A stretch of 64,000 bases of DNA, from positions 57,583 through 121,582 of the forward strand of contig CAJUDX010000001.1 of assembly GCA_910584785.1 (NCBI GenBank). The letters run 5' to 3'. Of the stretch, positions 29,547 to 37,733 are shown piece by piece; the first letter of the stretch is position 1, and each line of letters starts with the position of its first letter. The notes under the pieces are model-generated. The model ran no database searches. It was not told where the DNA came from and was given only the letters and a program-made list of their open reading frames with translations. Both the position numbers and the translations under genes were made by a program. This stretch comes from an uncultured Lachnospiraceae bacterium. Lineage in GTDB: Bacteria > Bacillota > Clostridia > Lachnospirales > Lachnospiraceae.

Positions 29547-29726
29547 ATGTCTTGGCTGATGCAAAATCTTGGCACAATTATTCCGGCAGTATTGGTATTT
29601 GGCATTGCAGCCCTTGCTGCCAGAAGTGTGTGGAAAAATAAAAAAGCCGGGAAATGCTGCGGAAGCTGCGGCGGATGCAGCTGCGGGGATGGAAGCCATC
29701 GCTGCGGTCATGGTGCTGACTTGTAA
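29547..29726 (+). CDS. FeoB-associated Cys-rich membrane protein (59 aa; absent from the ORF track)
   Basis: Hand translation gives MSWLMQNLGTIIPAVLVFGIAALAARSVWKNKKAGKCCGSCGGCSCGDGSHRCGHGADL. That is one TM helix plus a Cys-rich tail. A GGAAGGAAGAG purine tract precedes the ATG. Confidence 0.75.
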   Translation: MSWLMQNLGTIIPAVLVFGIAALAARSVWKNKKAGKCCGSCGGCSCGDGSHRCGHGADL

Positions 29727-29926
29727 AAGTGAACTGTTCCCCGTCAACTAAACAATTAAAAAATATAAATTTATGTGATGTTGTTTCATTTTAACATGGA
29801 TTTTTTTGTTGTCAGATGAAATAGAGAAGGTGACAGCTGAACAATATTTTTGAAAATTGGAAGTGTGGTTGAAATTTTTTTCGGGAAACTACCGATAGAC
29901 GGTTAGCCCGTTATATATTATAAGTA

Positions 29927-29969
29927 AAAATAACCGCTTAGCTTGTCAGGCAGGCAAGGGCGGTTATTT
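29927..29969. terminator. hairpin between the convergent feo operon and the GT11 gene
   Basis: AAATAACCGC pairs with GCGGTTATTT (29960-29969), with an inner GCTTG/CAAG pairing. The flanks are A/T-rich. Confidence 0.55.
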
Positions 29970-30001
29970 CTGCGTTTTATCATTATCTCCAGAGTAAAAA
30001 A

Positions 30002-30898
30002 TTATAATTCTCTATCTGTTAAATTTAAGACAATCTCTTTTTCTGTATTAAGCAGGGCAGCTAAGAAGCAAAATGCGCTGTTTGACATAATCATCGCCTT
30101 GCACTTGCTCATCAGCTGCAAATCCCGGTAATTTTCCCCCTGCACATTTCCCTCAACAAAGGTTACGCTTTCGAATGTGTCAAAATGCATCTCTTTTGCA
30201 TGTTCTTTGCACCAGGGGATATCATCAGAAAAGACAAAAAGGTTCCAGCTGCGTCCATACTGTACAAAGAAGGCGTCAATACATAATTGATAAAAGTCTG
30301 CAGAGAAATCCATGTTTAATTGGATATAATCCCCCCTGCGGATATGGATGGAAATAGAAGGCAGCGTAGTGATTTTTTTAATATATTGCAGGTTTCTTTC
30401 GTCAGTAATTTCAGGAAATTGAAATTCTTTCAGAAAAACTTCCTGATAAGTTTCAAACCAGTTTTTATTTATCCAATAACCATGATAGTATATATTTTCG
30501 GGGGTGGAGATATCCAAAATTTCAGGAAAGTATTGACGGCAGGGAATATCATGCCGTTTTCCGTTGAATGGGTTAAAGTGCTGGCTGTCTTTACCAACTT
30601 CGGAAATCATTTCAACAGGAATGCCGTTTTCCATAAGAATCTGCGGAACACTTTTATGCTCCTGCTGCCGGGTATACAGGATGAAATCCCACACAGTTTT
30701 GTCAAAACATTCGCTTAACATATGAGGGCGAATCCCAAATACTTTTTCCAGTTCATATCCGTTATGTACGGTATTTAATGCAAAATAACTGTCATCCATA
30801 TACATTACATCACCGGGATGAGATAATGCATAGTATCTGGCAAAGATATACTGAAAAGCCTGATTAGCCAGGCCGCCGTTTAAAAATTGAATCTTCAT
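30002..30898 (-). CDS. glycosyltransferase family 11 (alpha-1,2-fucosyltransferase-like)
   Basis: The N-terminal GGLANQAFQYIFA and the HIRRGDY motif are characteristic of GT11. Confidence 0.85.
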   Translation of the reverse strand: MKIQFLNGGLANQAFQYIFARYYALSHPGDVMYMDDSYFALNTVHNGYELEKVFGIRPHMLSECFDKTVWDFILYTRQQEHKSVPQILMENGIPVEMISEVGKDSQHFNPFNGKRHDIPCRQYFPEILDISTPENIYYHGYWINKNWFETYQEVFLKEFQFPEITDERNLQYIKKITTLPSISIHIRRGDYIQLNMDFSADFYQLCIDAFFVQYGRSWNLFVFSDDIPWCKEHAKEMHFDTFESVTFVEGNVQGENYRDLQLMSKCKAMIMSNSAFCFLAALLNTEKEIVLNLTDREL

Positions 30899-31025
30899 GC
30901 GTGTGCTCCTTACCTGAAAATATTGCCTGAGGGTCTGCTGAAATCGTTTATTTAACTATCATACAATAAGAAGAAAATGATTGCAACAGGTTAAACGATA
31001 CATTCAAAAAAAGTTGAAATTTAAA

Positions 31026-31053
31026 CTTATTCTTCTTTTTTTTTTGCCGATAT
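31026..31053 (+). promoter_or_regulatory. sigma-28 (SigD/FliA)-type promoter of flagellin 1: CTTATT-N14-GCCGATAT
   Basis: The -10 GCCGATAT is at 31046-31053. The spacer contains a T10 homopolymer (31036-31045). Confidence 0.6.
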
Positions 31054-31153
31054 TTAAAGCAGGAGCAATAGAGATGTGGAAGAATGCGTGGCAGTTTGGG
31101 CTTTGCAAGGAGGCAGGAAGCCGGCTGCGGCGATTGGAAGGTGGTTGATAGAT

Positions 31154-32029
31154 TTGATTATACAACATAACATGGGCAGTTTGAATGCCACTAGAAATAA
31201 GGGTATATCCGAAGGAAAGATGAGAAAATCATTAGAGAAGCTTTCTTCTGGCTACCGTATCAACCGGGCTGGGGATGATGCCGCAGGATTGGCGATTTCC
31301 GAGCTGATGAGAAGCCAGATTCGCGGACTGAATCAGGCGATGCGAAATGTGGATGATGGTATCAGCATGACGAATACTGGTGAAGGTGCTTTGAGTGAAG
31401 TTCATTCCATGCTGGAGAGGATGAAAACCTTGGCGGTTCAGTCAGCAAACAGCACCTATACGACAGTGCCCAGAGATAATATCGATTTAGAGCGTCAGCA
31501 GCTATTAGAAGAAATTGACCGAATTGGTGTGTCCACCGATTTTGATGATATTCCTCTGTTTGGTTCCTCTGAAAACGCAGCAGAGAAAATAGAAGAGCTT
31601 GTACCTCCGCTGGAAGCTGATCAGATTAAGGGAGATAATATTACCCTTCAGATTGGTCATGATGCAGGTGAAGTTTTAAATGTACCTCGTTACTATATGG
31701 ATAGCAAATCATTATTGCTTGAAAAGTGGACGGATTTTTCTACTGAGCATAAGGCAAATGAATCGATTGCTATTATCGATGCTGCGATAGAGGCTGTGGC
31801 TGATATTCGTGCGGAGTTTGGTGCAGCATATAATCATTTGGAACATACCCATAATAATTTAAGTGTTACTTCTGAAAATATGACTTCAGCAGAGAGCCGT
31901 ATTCGGGATACAGATATGGCAGATGAATTTACTACGTTTACAAAAGATAATATTGTTTATCAGGCGGCGAACTCTATGGTAGCGCAGGCTAATGCTGTTC
32001 CGCAGTCGATATTAAGCCTGCTTCAATAG
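31154..32029 (+). CDS. fliC: flagellin (divergent paralogue, probable TTG start)
   Basis: From the TTG at 31154 the product (M)IIQHNMGSLNATRN...LEKLSSGYRINRAGDDAAGLAISE aligns residue for residue with the N-terminus of flagellin 2. The C-terminus SENMTSAESRIRDTDMADE...VPQSILSLLQ is conserved. The ORF-track extension from 31076 has no flagellin homology. Confidence 0.85.
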   Translation: MIIQHNMGSLNATRNKGISEGKMRKSLEKLSSGYRINRAGDDAAGLAISELMRSQIRGLNQAMRNVDDGISMTNTGEGALSEVHSMLERMKTLAVQSANSTYTTVPRDNIDLERQQLLEEIDRIGVSTDFDDIPLFGSSENAAEKIEELVPPLEADQIKGDNITLQIGHDAGEVLNVPRYYMDSKSLLLEKWTDFSTEHKANESIAIIDAAIEAVADIRAEFGAAYNHLEHTHNNLSVTSENMTSAESRIRDTDMADEFTTFTKDNIVYQAANSMVAQANAVPQSILSLLQ

Positions 32030-32084
32030 GGATAAAGTATAATATAAACAAGAAATAAAAAGCATAAAAAAGTTAAAAAAAGTT

Positions 32085-32112
32085 CTTAAGTTTTAGAAAG
32101 TAATGACGATAA
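32085..32112 (+). promoter_or_regulatory. sigma-28-type promoter of flagellin 2: CTTAAG-N14-GACGATAA
   Basis: The hexamer and spacing match the cheA-operon promoter. It would give a leader of about 120 nt. Confidence 0.55.
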
Positions 32113-32238
32113 TTAAAAATGTAAGCTGAAAAGTAAATATAAAAGCTTTACAGACTTTTTCGAGGTAGGGCCCTCTTCGAAAAAGAGCCGGGGACAGGGA
32201 AGTTCCTGGGAAAGTATCATAAACAGGAGGAAGATTTT

Positions 32239-33171
32239 ATGATTATTCAACATAATATAGCGGCAATTAACTCATACAGAAACTTAGGTATCAACCAGAG
32301 TGGTTTGAACAAGAACTTAGAGAAGCTGTCTTCCGGTTACAGAATCAACCGTGCAGGCGATGACGCTGCAGGCTTGGCTATTTCCGAGAGCATGAGATCT
32401 CAGATCAATGGTTTAAATCAGGCTACCAAGAACGCACAGGATGCTGTTGGCTTAATCCAGACAGTTGAAGGTGCTTTAACCGAAACTCACTCCATGTTAC
32501 AGCGTCTTACCACACTGGCTAGCCAGTCTGCAAATGGTACGTACAATACAGTAGCACGTGGAAACCTGCAGCTGGAAGTTGATCAGCTGTTACAGGAAAT
32601 CGACCGTATCGCTAACTACACCGACTTCAACGGCATTAAGCCAATTCAGGCTGACGTTGCTGGTACGAAGATGACCTTCCAGATTGGACCAAGTGCTAAG
32701 GAAACGATTGTAGTTAACAAGCAGGCTATGACTGCTTCTGCATTAGGTTTAAGAGCAGGAAACCTTACCAGTAATGCTATTAGCACTAAGTATGAATATG
32801 ATAAGACTGGTGCTGATGATCAGAAAGTAAATATCAAGTGGGCTGTTTCTACTTCTGGCAACACTGCGAAGGTTAATGTTTCTACACAGACCGGTGGTAA
32901 CAAGGCTATCGACAGAATTAACGATGCTATCAACTTAGTATCCCAGTACCGTGCAGGTCTCGGTGCTGCTCAGAACCGTCTGGAGCATACCATCAACAAC
33001 CTGAAGGTAACTTCTGAGAACATCACCGCTGCTGAGAGCCGTATCCGTGATACCGATATGGCAGATGAGATCACTGCATTCACGAAGAATAATATTCTTC
33101 TGCAGGCATCTCAGTCCATGCTGGCTCAGTCCAACTCTGTACCGCAGAGCATCCTGAGCTTGATTGGATAA
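32239..33171 (+). CDS. fliC: flagellin
   Basis: MIIQHNIAAINSYRNLG...LSSGYRINRAGDDAAGLAISE is a canonical N-terminus, and the D0/D1 C-terminus is canonical too. An AGGAGGAAG Shine-Dalgarno precedes the ATG. Confidence 0.93.
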   Translation: MIIQHNIAAINSYRNLGINQSGLNKNLEKLSSGYRINRAGDDAAGLAISESMRSQINGLNQATKNAQDAVGLIQTVEGALTETHSMLQRLTTLASQSANGTYNTVARGNLQLEVDQLLQEIDRIANYTDFNGIKPIQADVAGTKMTFQIGPSAKETIVVNKQAMTASALGLRAGNLTSNAISTKYEYDKTGADDQKVNIKWAVSTSGNTAKVNVSTQTGGNKAIDRINDAINLVSQYRAGLGAAQNRLEHTINNLKVTSENITAAESRIRDTDMADEITAFTKNNILLQASQSMLAQSNSVPQSILSLIG

Positions 33172-33184
33172 TTAAGCAGTTTCT

Positions 33185-33204
33185 GGCCCGGCAGTCGCCG
33201 GGCC
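33185..33204 (+). terminator. GC-rich hairpin after flagellin 2
   Basis: GGCCCGGC-AGTC-GCCGGGCC is a perfect 8-bp stem. No clean U-run follows; a second ATGATA/TATCAT hairpin comes next. Confidence 0.5.
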
Positions 33205-33444
33205 ATATGATAAAAGGGCCTATCATAAAAAGTCATTTTCTGATCCGAAAGGTAAGGAAATGGCTTTTTATTATTATCGTTTGCTGCTGTTATCATTCTT
33301 AAAAGCGGAAAATACAAATGGAAAATGAAAATAATTCTTGTCTAAAACAATTCTTGCTTTATTATCCAGAAAACGTTAAAATAAGAAAAGGAAAAACGAT
33401 CAAAAACAATTGTATCAGGAATATGGCTTGTAAGGAGTCTTGTA

Positions 33445-34926
33445 ATGCAGAGCGAAAGATTAGCAGAACATGATGTGCAATATCAGAAAAATCTATCCCA
33501 GCGAAAAGTATCCGATAAAGCAAAAAGAACCCCAGGGAGGAAGAAACAGTTGAAAACGAAATCATTAAAAATTTCTCAATGTATGATTGTAAAAAATGAA
33601 GAAAATAATATCCGGCAGGCCTTATCCTGGGGTAAGGAAATCATGTGGGAACAGATTGTTGTAGATACCGGCTCTGCCGATCGCACGGTGCAGATAGCAG
33701 AAGAATTAGGGGCAAAGGTGTGTCATTATGTATGGACAGATGACTTTGCCGCAGCGAAAAATTTTGCCATTGGTCAGGCAAAAGGGGATTGGATTGCCCT
33801 GTTGGATGCTGACGAATATATGACGCCGGAGGATGCCAGGAAAATTCAGGAGGTTTTGATTGAACTGGAAGAAAGGGAGTTTGACGGTCTTTCGACGAAT
33901 CTGCAGAACTTAAATGATGAGGGGGAAGCATTTTCCTTTGGCACGCAGGTTCGTTTCTTCCGCAATGACCCGGATATCCGTTATCGCAGGAGGATACATG
34001 AGCAGTTGGAAACCGTATCGGGAAGAAAGCTGCGCATCGGTGATGCCACGCAGGAGCTTTCGATTTTCCATACAGGATATCAAAAGAAGGCAATGGAAGG
34101 AAAGGAAAAGAAAGGAAGAAACCGGAGACTGATTCTGGCTGAATTGGATGAAAACCCGAATGATTATGAGATGATGGGTTATATGGGGGATGATTGTCTG
34201 GCGGATGGAGAAAGCGAGGAGGCAACGACCTGGTACCGCCGTTCGATTCAGCACATGCCTTCTATGCTGGAGCCTGACGACCAGCGCAGTGCTATGACAT
34301 TTACAGAGTTTTTACATTTGCTGACGGAAAAAGAAGCTTTGCTTGGCGATGGATTACGGATGGATGAAATTCTTGGGACTTACCAGAGGGCGATTCAGTT
34401 ACTGCCGGAGGAGGCAGATTTTGACTATATATTAGGACGTTTTTTTGCAATGAAAAATGATATGACCAGGGCGATAAGGCATTTGGAAATGGCGTTAAGC
34501 AAACTGGATCGTTATGGCTGTTATAATAAAGCAATGTTATTATCGGGAAATGTATTTGATGCTTATGAAATATTAGTACGATGTTATTATGAGACAGGAG
34601 AGAAGCAAAAGTGTATTTCCTATGCAGTAAATTATCTGAACTATAACCGTTATGGGGTGGAGGTATTGTTTTGGCTATTAAAAGCATTGCTGCCGGATGA
34701 GGGAGGAAAGGAAAAGGGAACAATGGAAAACGGGGCAGCAGGAGAAAATGGAGAGAGAGAGAAAAGAGAAGTTCTTGAGGCCCTTTCCCGTCTTTATGAT
34801 GTTACAGCATTAAAGGATAAGGTGATTTTGGTGAAAACGGCGGAGAAGGCGGTGGGAAAAGACTTTTCGGAATTTTTGCTTAATCAGCTTTTTTCTCAGG
34901 AAGAGAGAAGGAGACTGGGCTATTGA
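33445..34926 (+). CDS. GT2 glycosyltransferase with TPR-like C-terminal region (paralogue 1)
   Basis: ISQCMIVKNEENNI, DTGSADRT and LLDADEY motifs are present. The ATG at 33445 has an AAGGAG Shine-Dalgarno. By homology with the other paralogues the TTG at 33550 (after GGGAGG) is an alternative start. Confidence 0.8.
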   Translation: MQSERLAEHDVQYQKNLSQRKVSDKAKRTPGRKKQLKTKSLKISQCMIVKNEENNIRQALSWGKEIMWEQIVVDTGSADRTVQIAEELGAKVCHYVWTDDFAAAKNFAIGQAKGDWIALLDADEYMTPEDARKIQEVLIELEEREFDGLSTNLQNLNDEGEAFSFGTQVRFFRNDPDIRYRRRIHEQLETVSGRKLRIGDATQELSIFHTGYQKKAMEGKEKKGRNRRLILAELDENPNDYEMMGYMGDDCLADGESEEATTWYRRSIQHMPSMLEPDDQRSAMTFTEFLHLLTEKEALLGDGLRMDEILGTYQRAIQLLPEEADFDYILGRFFAMKNDMTRAIRHLEMALSKLDRYGCYNKAMLLSGNVFDAYEILVRCYYETGEKQKCISYAVNYLNYNRYGVEVLFWLLKALLPDEGGKEKGTMENGAAGENGEREKREVLEALSRLYDVTALKDKVILVKTAEKAVGKDFSEFLLNQLFSQEERRRLGY

Positions 34927-34956
34927 TCATGATAAGAGGCAGGGGAGGAGTTTAGT

Positions 34957-36309
34957 TTGAAGCAAACAATACAGGGGAAAATTTCCCAGTGCATGATTGT
35001 AAAGAATGAAGAAAAAAATATTGAGCAGGCCTTAAGCTGGGGAAAGGGAGTAGTGGCGGAGCAGATTGTTGTTGACACGGGATCTGCAGATCGGACAGTG
35101 GAGATTGCCCAAAGGCTGGGTGCAAAGGTTTTTCATTTTCCCTGGATAAACGATTTTGCTGCGGCGAAGAATTTTGCTATCGAAAAGGCGCAGTATGAAT
35201 GGATTGCCTTTTTGGATGCCGATGAGTATTTTTCAGCGGAGGATGCAAAAAAATTAGCTGATGTATTGCATCATCTTTCGGCCCAGCCTGTAGATTCTGT
35301 AATGACTGCCTGGATTCATTTATATGATGATAAATCCATTATGCAGGTGGATTCCCAGACTAGAATTTTCCGCAATTGCCCGCAGATACGCTATCATGGT
35401 CGGATTCATGAAGTTTTGCGGCGTTCGGATGGAAAAGATATGGAAAATCAGGATGAGACAGCGAATCTTGCGATTTTTCATACAGGTTACGGTGAGGAAG
35501 CAGAAGAAAAGAAAAAGGCAAGTAAGAGAAATCTTCTGTTAATTCAGGCCGAGTTAGAGGATAATCCGAATAATTATCAAATGCAGGCCTATTTAGGAAA
35601 TGAATATTTAGCACTTGCAGAATATGAACTTGCGGAAAGCGCGTATCGAAAAGCTATTTCCCTGATGCCGGAAGAGGTGCTGGGAGAGTATAGCGTAATT
35701 ACATCGGGTGTTTTTTCGCGTCTTATCAATATATTGACCGATCGTCCAGGTAATCATGAGAACAAAATCGTGGAACTTTACCGACAGGCTTCCTTTGGCT
35801 GGCCTAAGGAAGGAGATTATGATTATTTGCTCGGAGAGTATTATGCGGGGCGGGAGAACTTCTGGGAAGGTGAAAGATATTTTAAACAGGCTTTAGAAAA
35901 GCTGGATAAGTATGGACATGCGCAGTATTCGTCTAAGCTTTCAGCAAGAATTATGCATACTTATGAACTATTGATTATGTGCTGCCTGAATAATGGAAAT
36001 TACAGTGATTGTGTAAAATATGCAGCAGCGATACTAAAAGAAAATCCCTATTTAATGACGATCGCCATATTGTTTATTTCTGCGTTTCACCGGGATATGG
36101 CAAAGCGGGGAAGAGAAAAGGATGGGGCAGCAGAGGTGGCGGCATTGTTAGGAAATGCATTTTATAATTTCCAATCGCTTAAAGATCGAATTTTTGTTCT
36201 TCGTGCGGCAATGGATGCAAACTATGCAGAATTAGTGGAAGTTATCCGCGGATTATTTAGCCCTGAGGAGATAGAACAGGTGGATCGCGGGCTGGGAAAA
36301 AGGAAGTAA
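34957..36309 (+). CDS. GT2 glycosyltransferase with TPR-like C-terminal region (paralogue 2)
   Basis: The TTG start follows GGAGGAG. ISQCMIVKNEEKNI, DTGSADRT and FLDADEY motifs are present. Confidence 0.8.
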   Translation: MKQTIQGKISQCMIVKNEEKNIEQALSWGKGVVAEQIVVDTGSADRTVEIAQRLGAKVFHFPWINDFAAAKNFAIEKAQYEWIAFLDADEYFSAEDAKKLADVLHHLSAQPVDSVMTAWIHLYDDKSIMQVDSQTRIFRNCPQIRYHGRIHEVLRRSDGKDMENQDETANLAIFHTGYGEEAEEKKKASKRNLLLIQAELEDNPNNYQMQAYLGNEYLALAEYELAESAYRKAISLMPEEVLGEYSVITSGVFSRLINILTDRPGNHENKIVELYRQASFGWPKEGDYDYLLGEYYAGRENFWEGERYFKQALEKLDKYGHAQYSSKLSARIMHTYELLIMCCLNNGNYSDCVKYAAAILKENPYLMTIAILFISAFHRDMAKRGREKDGAAEVAALLGNAFYNFQSLKDRIFVLRAAMDANYAELVEVIRGLFSPEEIEQVDRGLGKRK

Positions 36310-36370
36310 AACATAAAGAAAAACATAACAGAGTCGATGGAACATGACAGATAAAGAGGAGGATGCAATA

Positions 36371-37732
36371 TTGAATAAAATAGGCCGGGCAAAGATTTCC
36401 CAGTGCATGATTGTGAAAAATGAAGAAAAGAATATTGTACAAGCGCTTTCCTGGGGAAAGGGGATTGTGGCAGAGCAGATTGTTGTGGATACGGGATCGA
36501 CCGACAGAACCGTGGAAATCGCCCAGGAAATGGGAGCAAAGGTATATTCTTTTCCCTGGATCAATGATTTTTCAGCGGCGAAGAATTTTGCTATTGGTAA
36601 GGCTCGATATAGCTGGATTGCTTTTTTGGATGCCGATGAATATTTTTCTGGGGAAGATGCGAAAAAACTCCTTTCTTTGCTGGAAAAGCTTCATCCTCAT
36701 GCATGTGACGGTGTGGAAACCAGGTTAATTAATTTAGGTGATGAAGGAAAAGTGATTTCTATGGATACGCAGATTCGTATTTTTCGCAACCAACCGGATT
36801 TGCGCTATGTCAGGAAAATTCATGAGCATTTGGTAGCAGCAGACGGACGCAATTTGCGGATATGGAGTGCTGTGGGAGATTTATCGATTTATCATACCGG
36901 ATATGCGCAGAATGAGATGCAGAATAAGAAAAGCAGCCAGAGAAATCTAAGCCTTATCTTGGAGGAGCTTAAGGAAAATACAGAGAATTACGAAATGTAT
37001 GGTTATCTGGGCAATGAATATGAGGCTCTTGAAGAATGGGATAAGGCAAAAGAAGCCTATCAAAAAGCAATTGCTTTGATGCCGGAGAGTTTATATGGTA
37101 AGTACGATATGGAAACTTCTGGATTTGTTTTTCGTTTGCTGGAACTGATGACCGTTTTTCCCGGAAATGAAAAATCAGATATTTTAGCTTTATATCAAAG
37201 GGCAGTGAAGGGGTGGCCGGAAGAGGGAAATTATGATTATCTTCTGGGTAAGTATTATGCCGGGTGCCATTTATTTGGCGAAGCAGAGCATTATCTTGAA
37301 CAGGCTCTGGATAAGTTGGAAAAGCGTAAAAATCCACAGTGCTGTACCTTAATATCAGCCAATATAATGAAATTTTATGAACTTTTGGCAATGTGCTGTT
37401 TAAACTGCGGAAACAGAAATGGCTGTGTCAAGTATACGTCAGCATTATTGAAGGAAAATCCATATTTAATGACGACAATTATGTTATTTATCTCTGCATT
37501 CCATCAGGATATGGCGGCGATGGGAAGGGAAACGGAAGGGGCTGGGGAAGTAGCAGCGCTTTTGGGCAGGTCATTTTATGATTTCCAGTCGTTAAAAGAC
37601 AGAATGTTTGTCCTTCGTGCGGCGATGGATGTCGGATACCCTGCATTGGTGGAGGTTATCCGCGCTTTGTTTTCACCAGAGGAGTTAGAGCAGGTAGACA
37701 GGGCATTGAATCAAAATAAGGGGGGAGCATAA
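36371..37732 (+). CDS. GT2 glycosyltransferase with TPR-like C-terminal region (paralogue 3)
   Basis: The TTG at 36371 follows AGAGGAGGA and gives an N-terminus collinear with the other paralogues. The ORF is also open from the ATG at 36344. DTGSTDRT and FLDADEY motifs are present. Confidence 0.78.
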   Translation: MNKIGRAKISQCMIVKNEEKNIVQALSWGKGIVAEQIVVDTGSTDRTVEIAQEMGAKVYSFPWINDFSAAKNFAIGKARYSWIAFLDADEYFSGEDAKKLLSLLEKLHPHACDGVETRLINLGDEGKVISMDTQIRIFRNQPDLRYVRKIHEHLVAADGRNLRIWSAVGDLSIYHTGYAQNEMQNKKSSQRNLSLILEELKENTENYEMYGYLGNEYEALEEWDKAKEAYQKAIALMPESLYGKYDMETSGFVFRLLELMTVFPGNEKSDILALYQRAVKGWPEEGNYDYLLGKYYAGCHLFGEAEHYLEQALDKLEKRKNPQCCTLISANIMKFYELLAMCCLNCGNRNGCVKYTSALLKENPYLMTTIMLFISAFHQDMAAMGRETEGAGEVAALLGRSFYDFQSLKDRMFVLRAAMDVGYPALVEVIRALFSPEELEQVDRALNQNKGGA

Positions 37733-37733
37733 G

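Noticed and set aside
31076-31153. N-terminal extension of flagellin 1 as given in the ORF track (start at 31076)
   Set aside because: The extension has no similarity to flagellin N-termini. Homology to flagellin 2 starts exactly at the TTG at 31154, and the sigma-28 -10 element at 31046-31053 leaves too little leader for a start at 31076.
33641-34225. 194-aa minus-strand ORF inside GT2-TPR paralogue 1, plus similar antisense ORFs at 34301-34723 and 36969-37391
   Set aside because: They are antisense to genes with clear catalytic motifs. They are Pro/Ser/His-rich low-complexity products with no Shine-Dalgarno.
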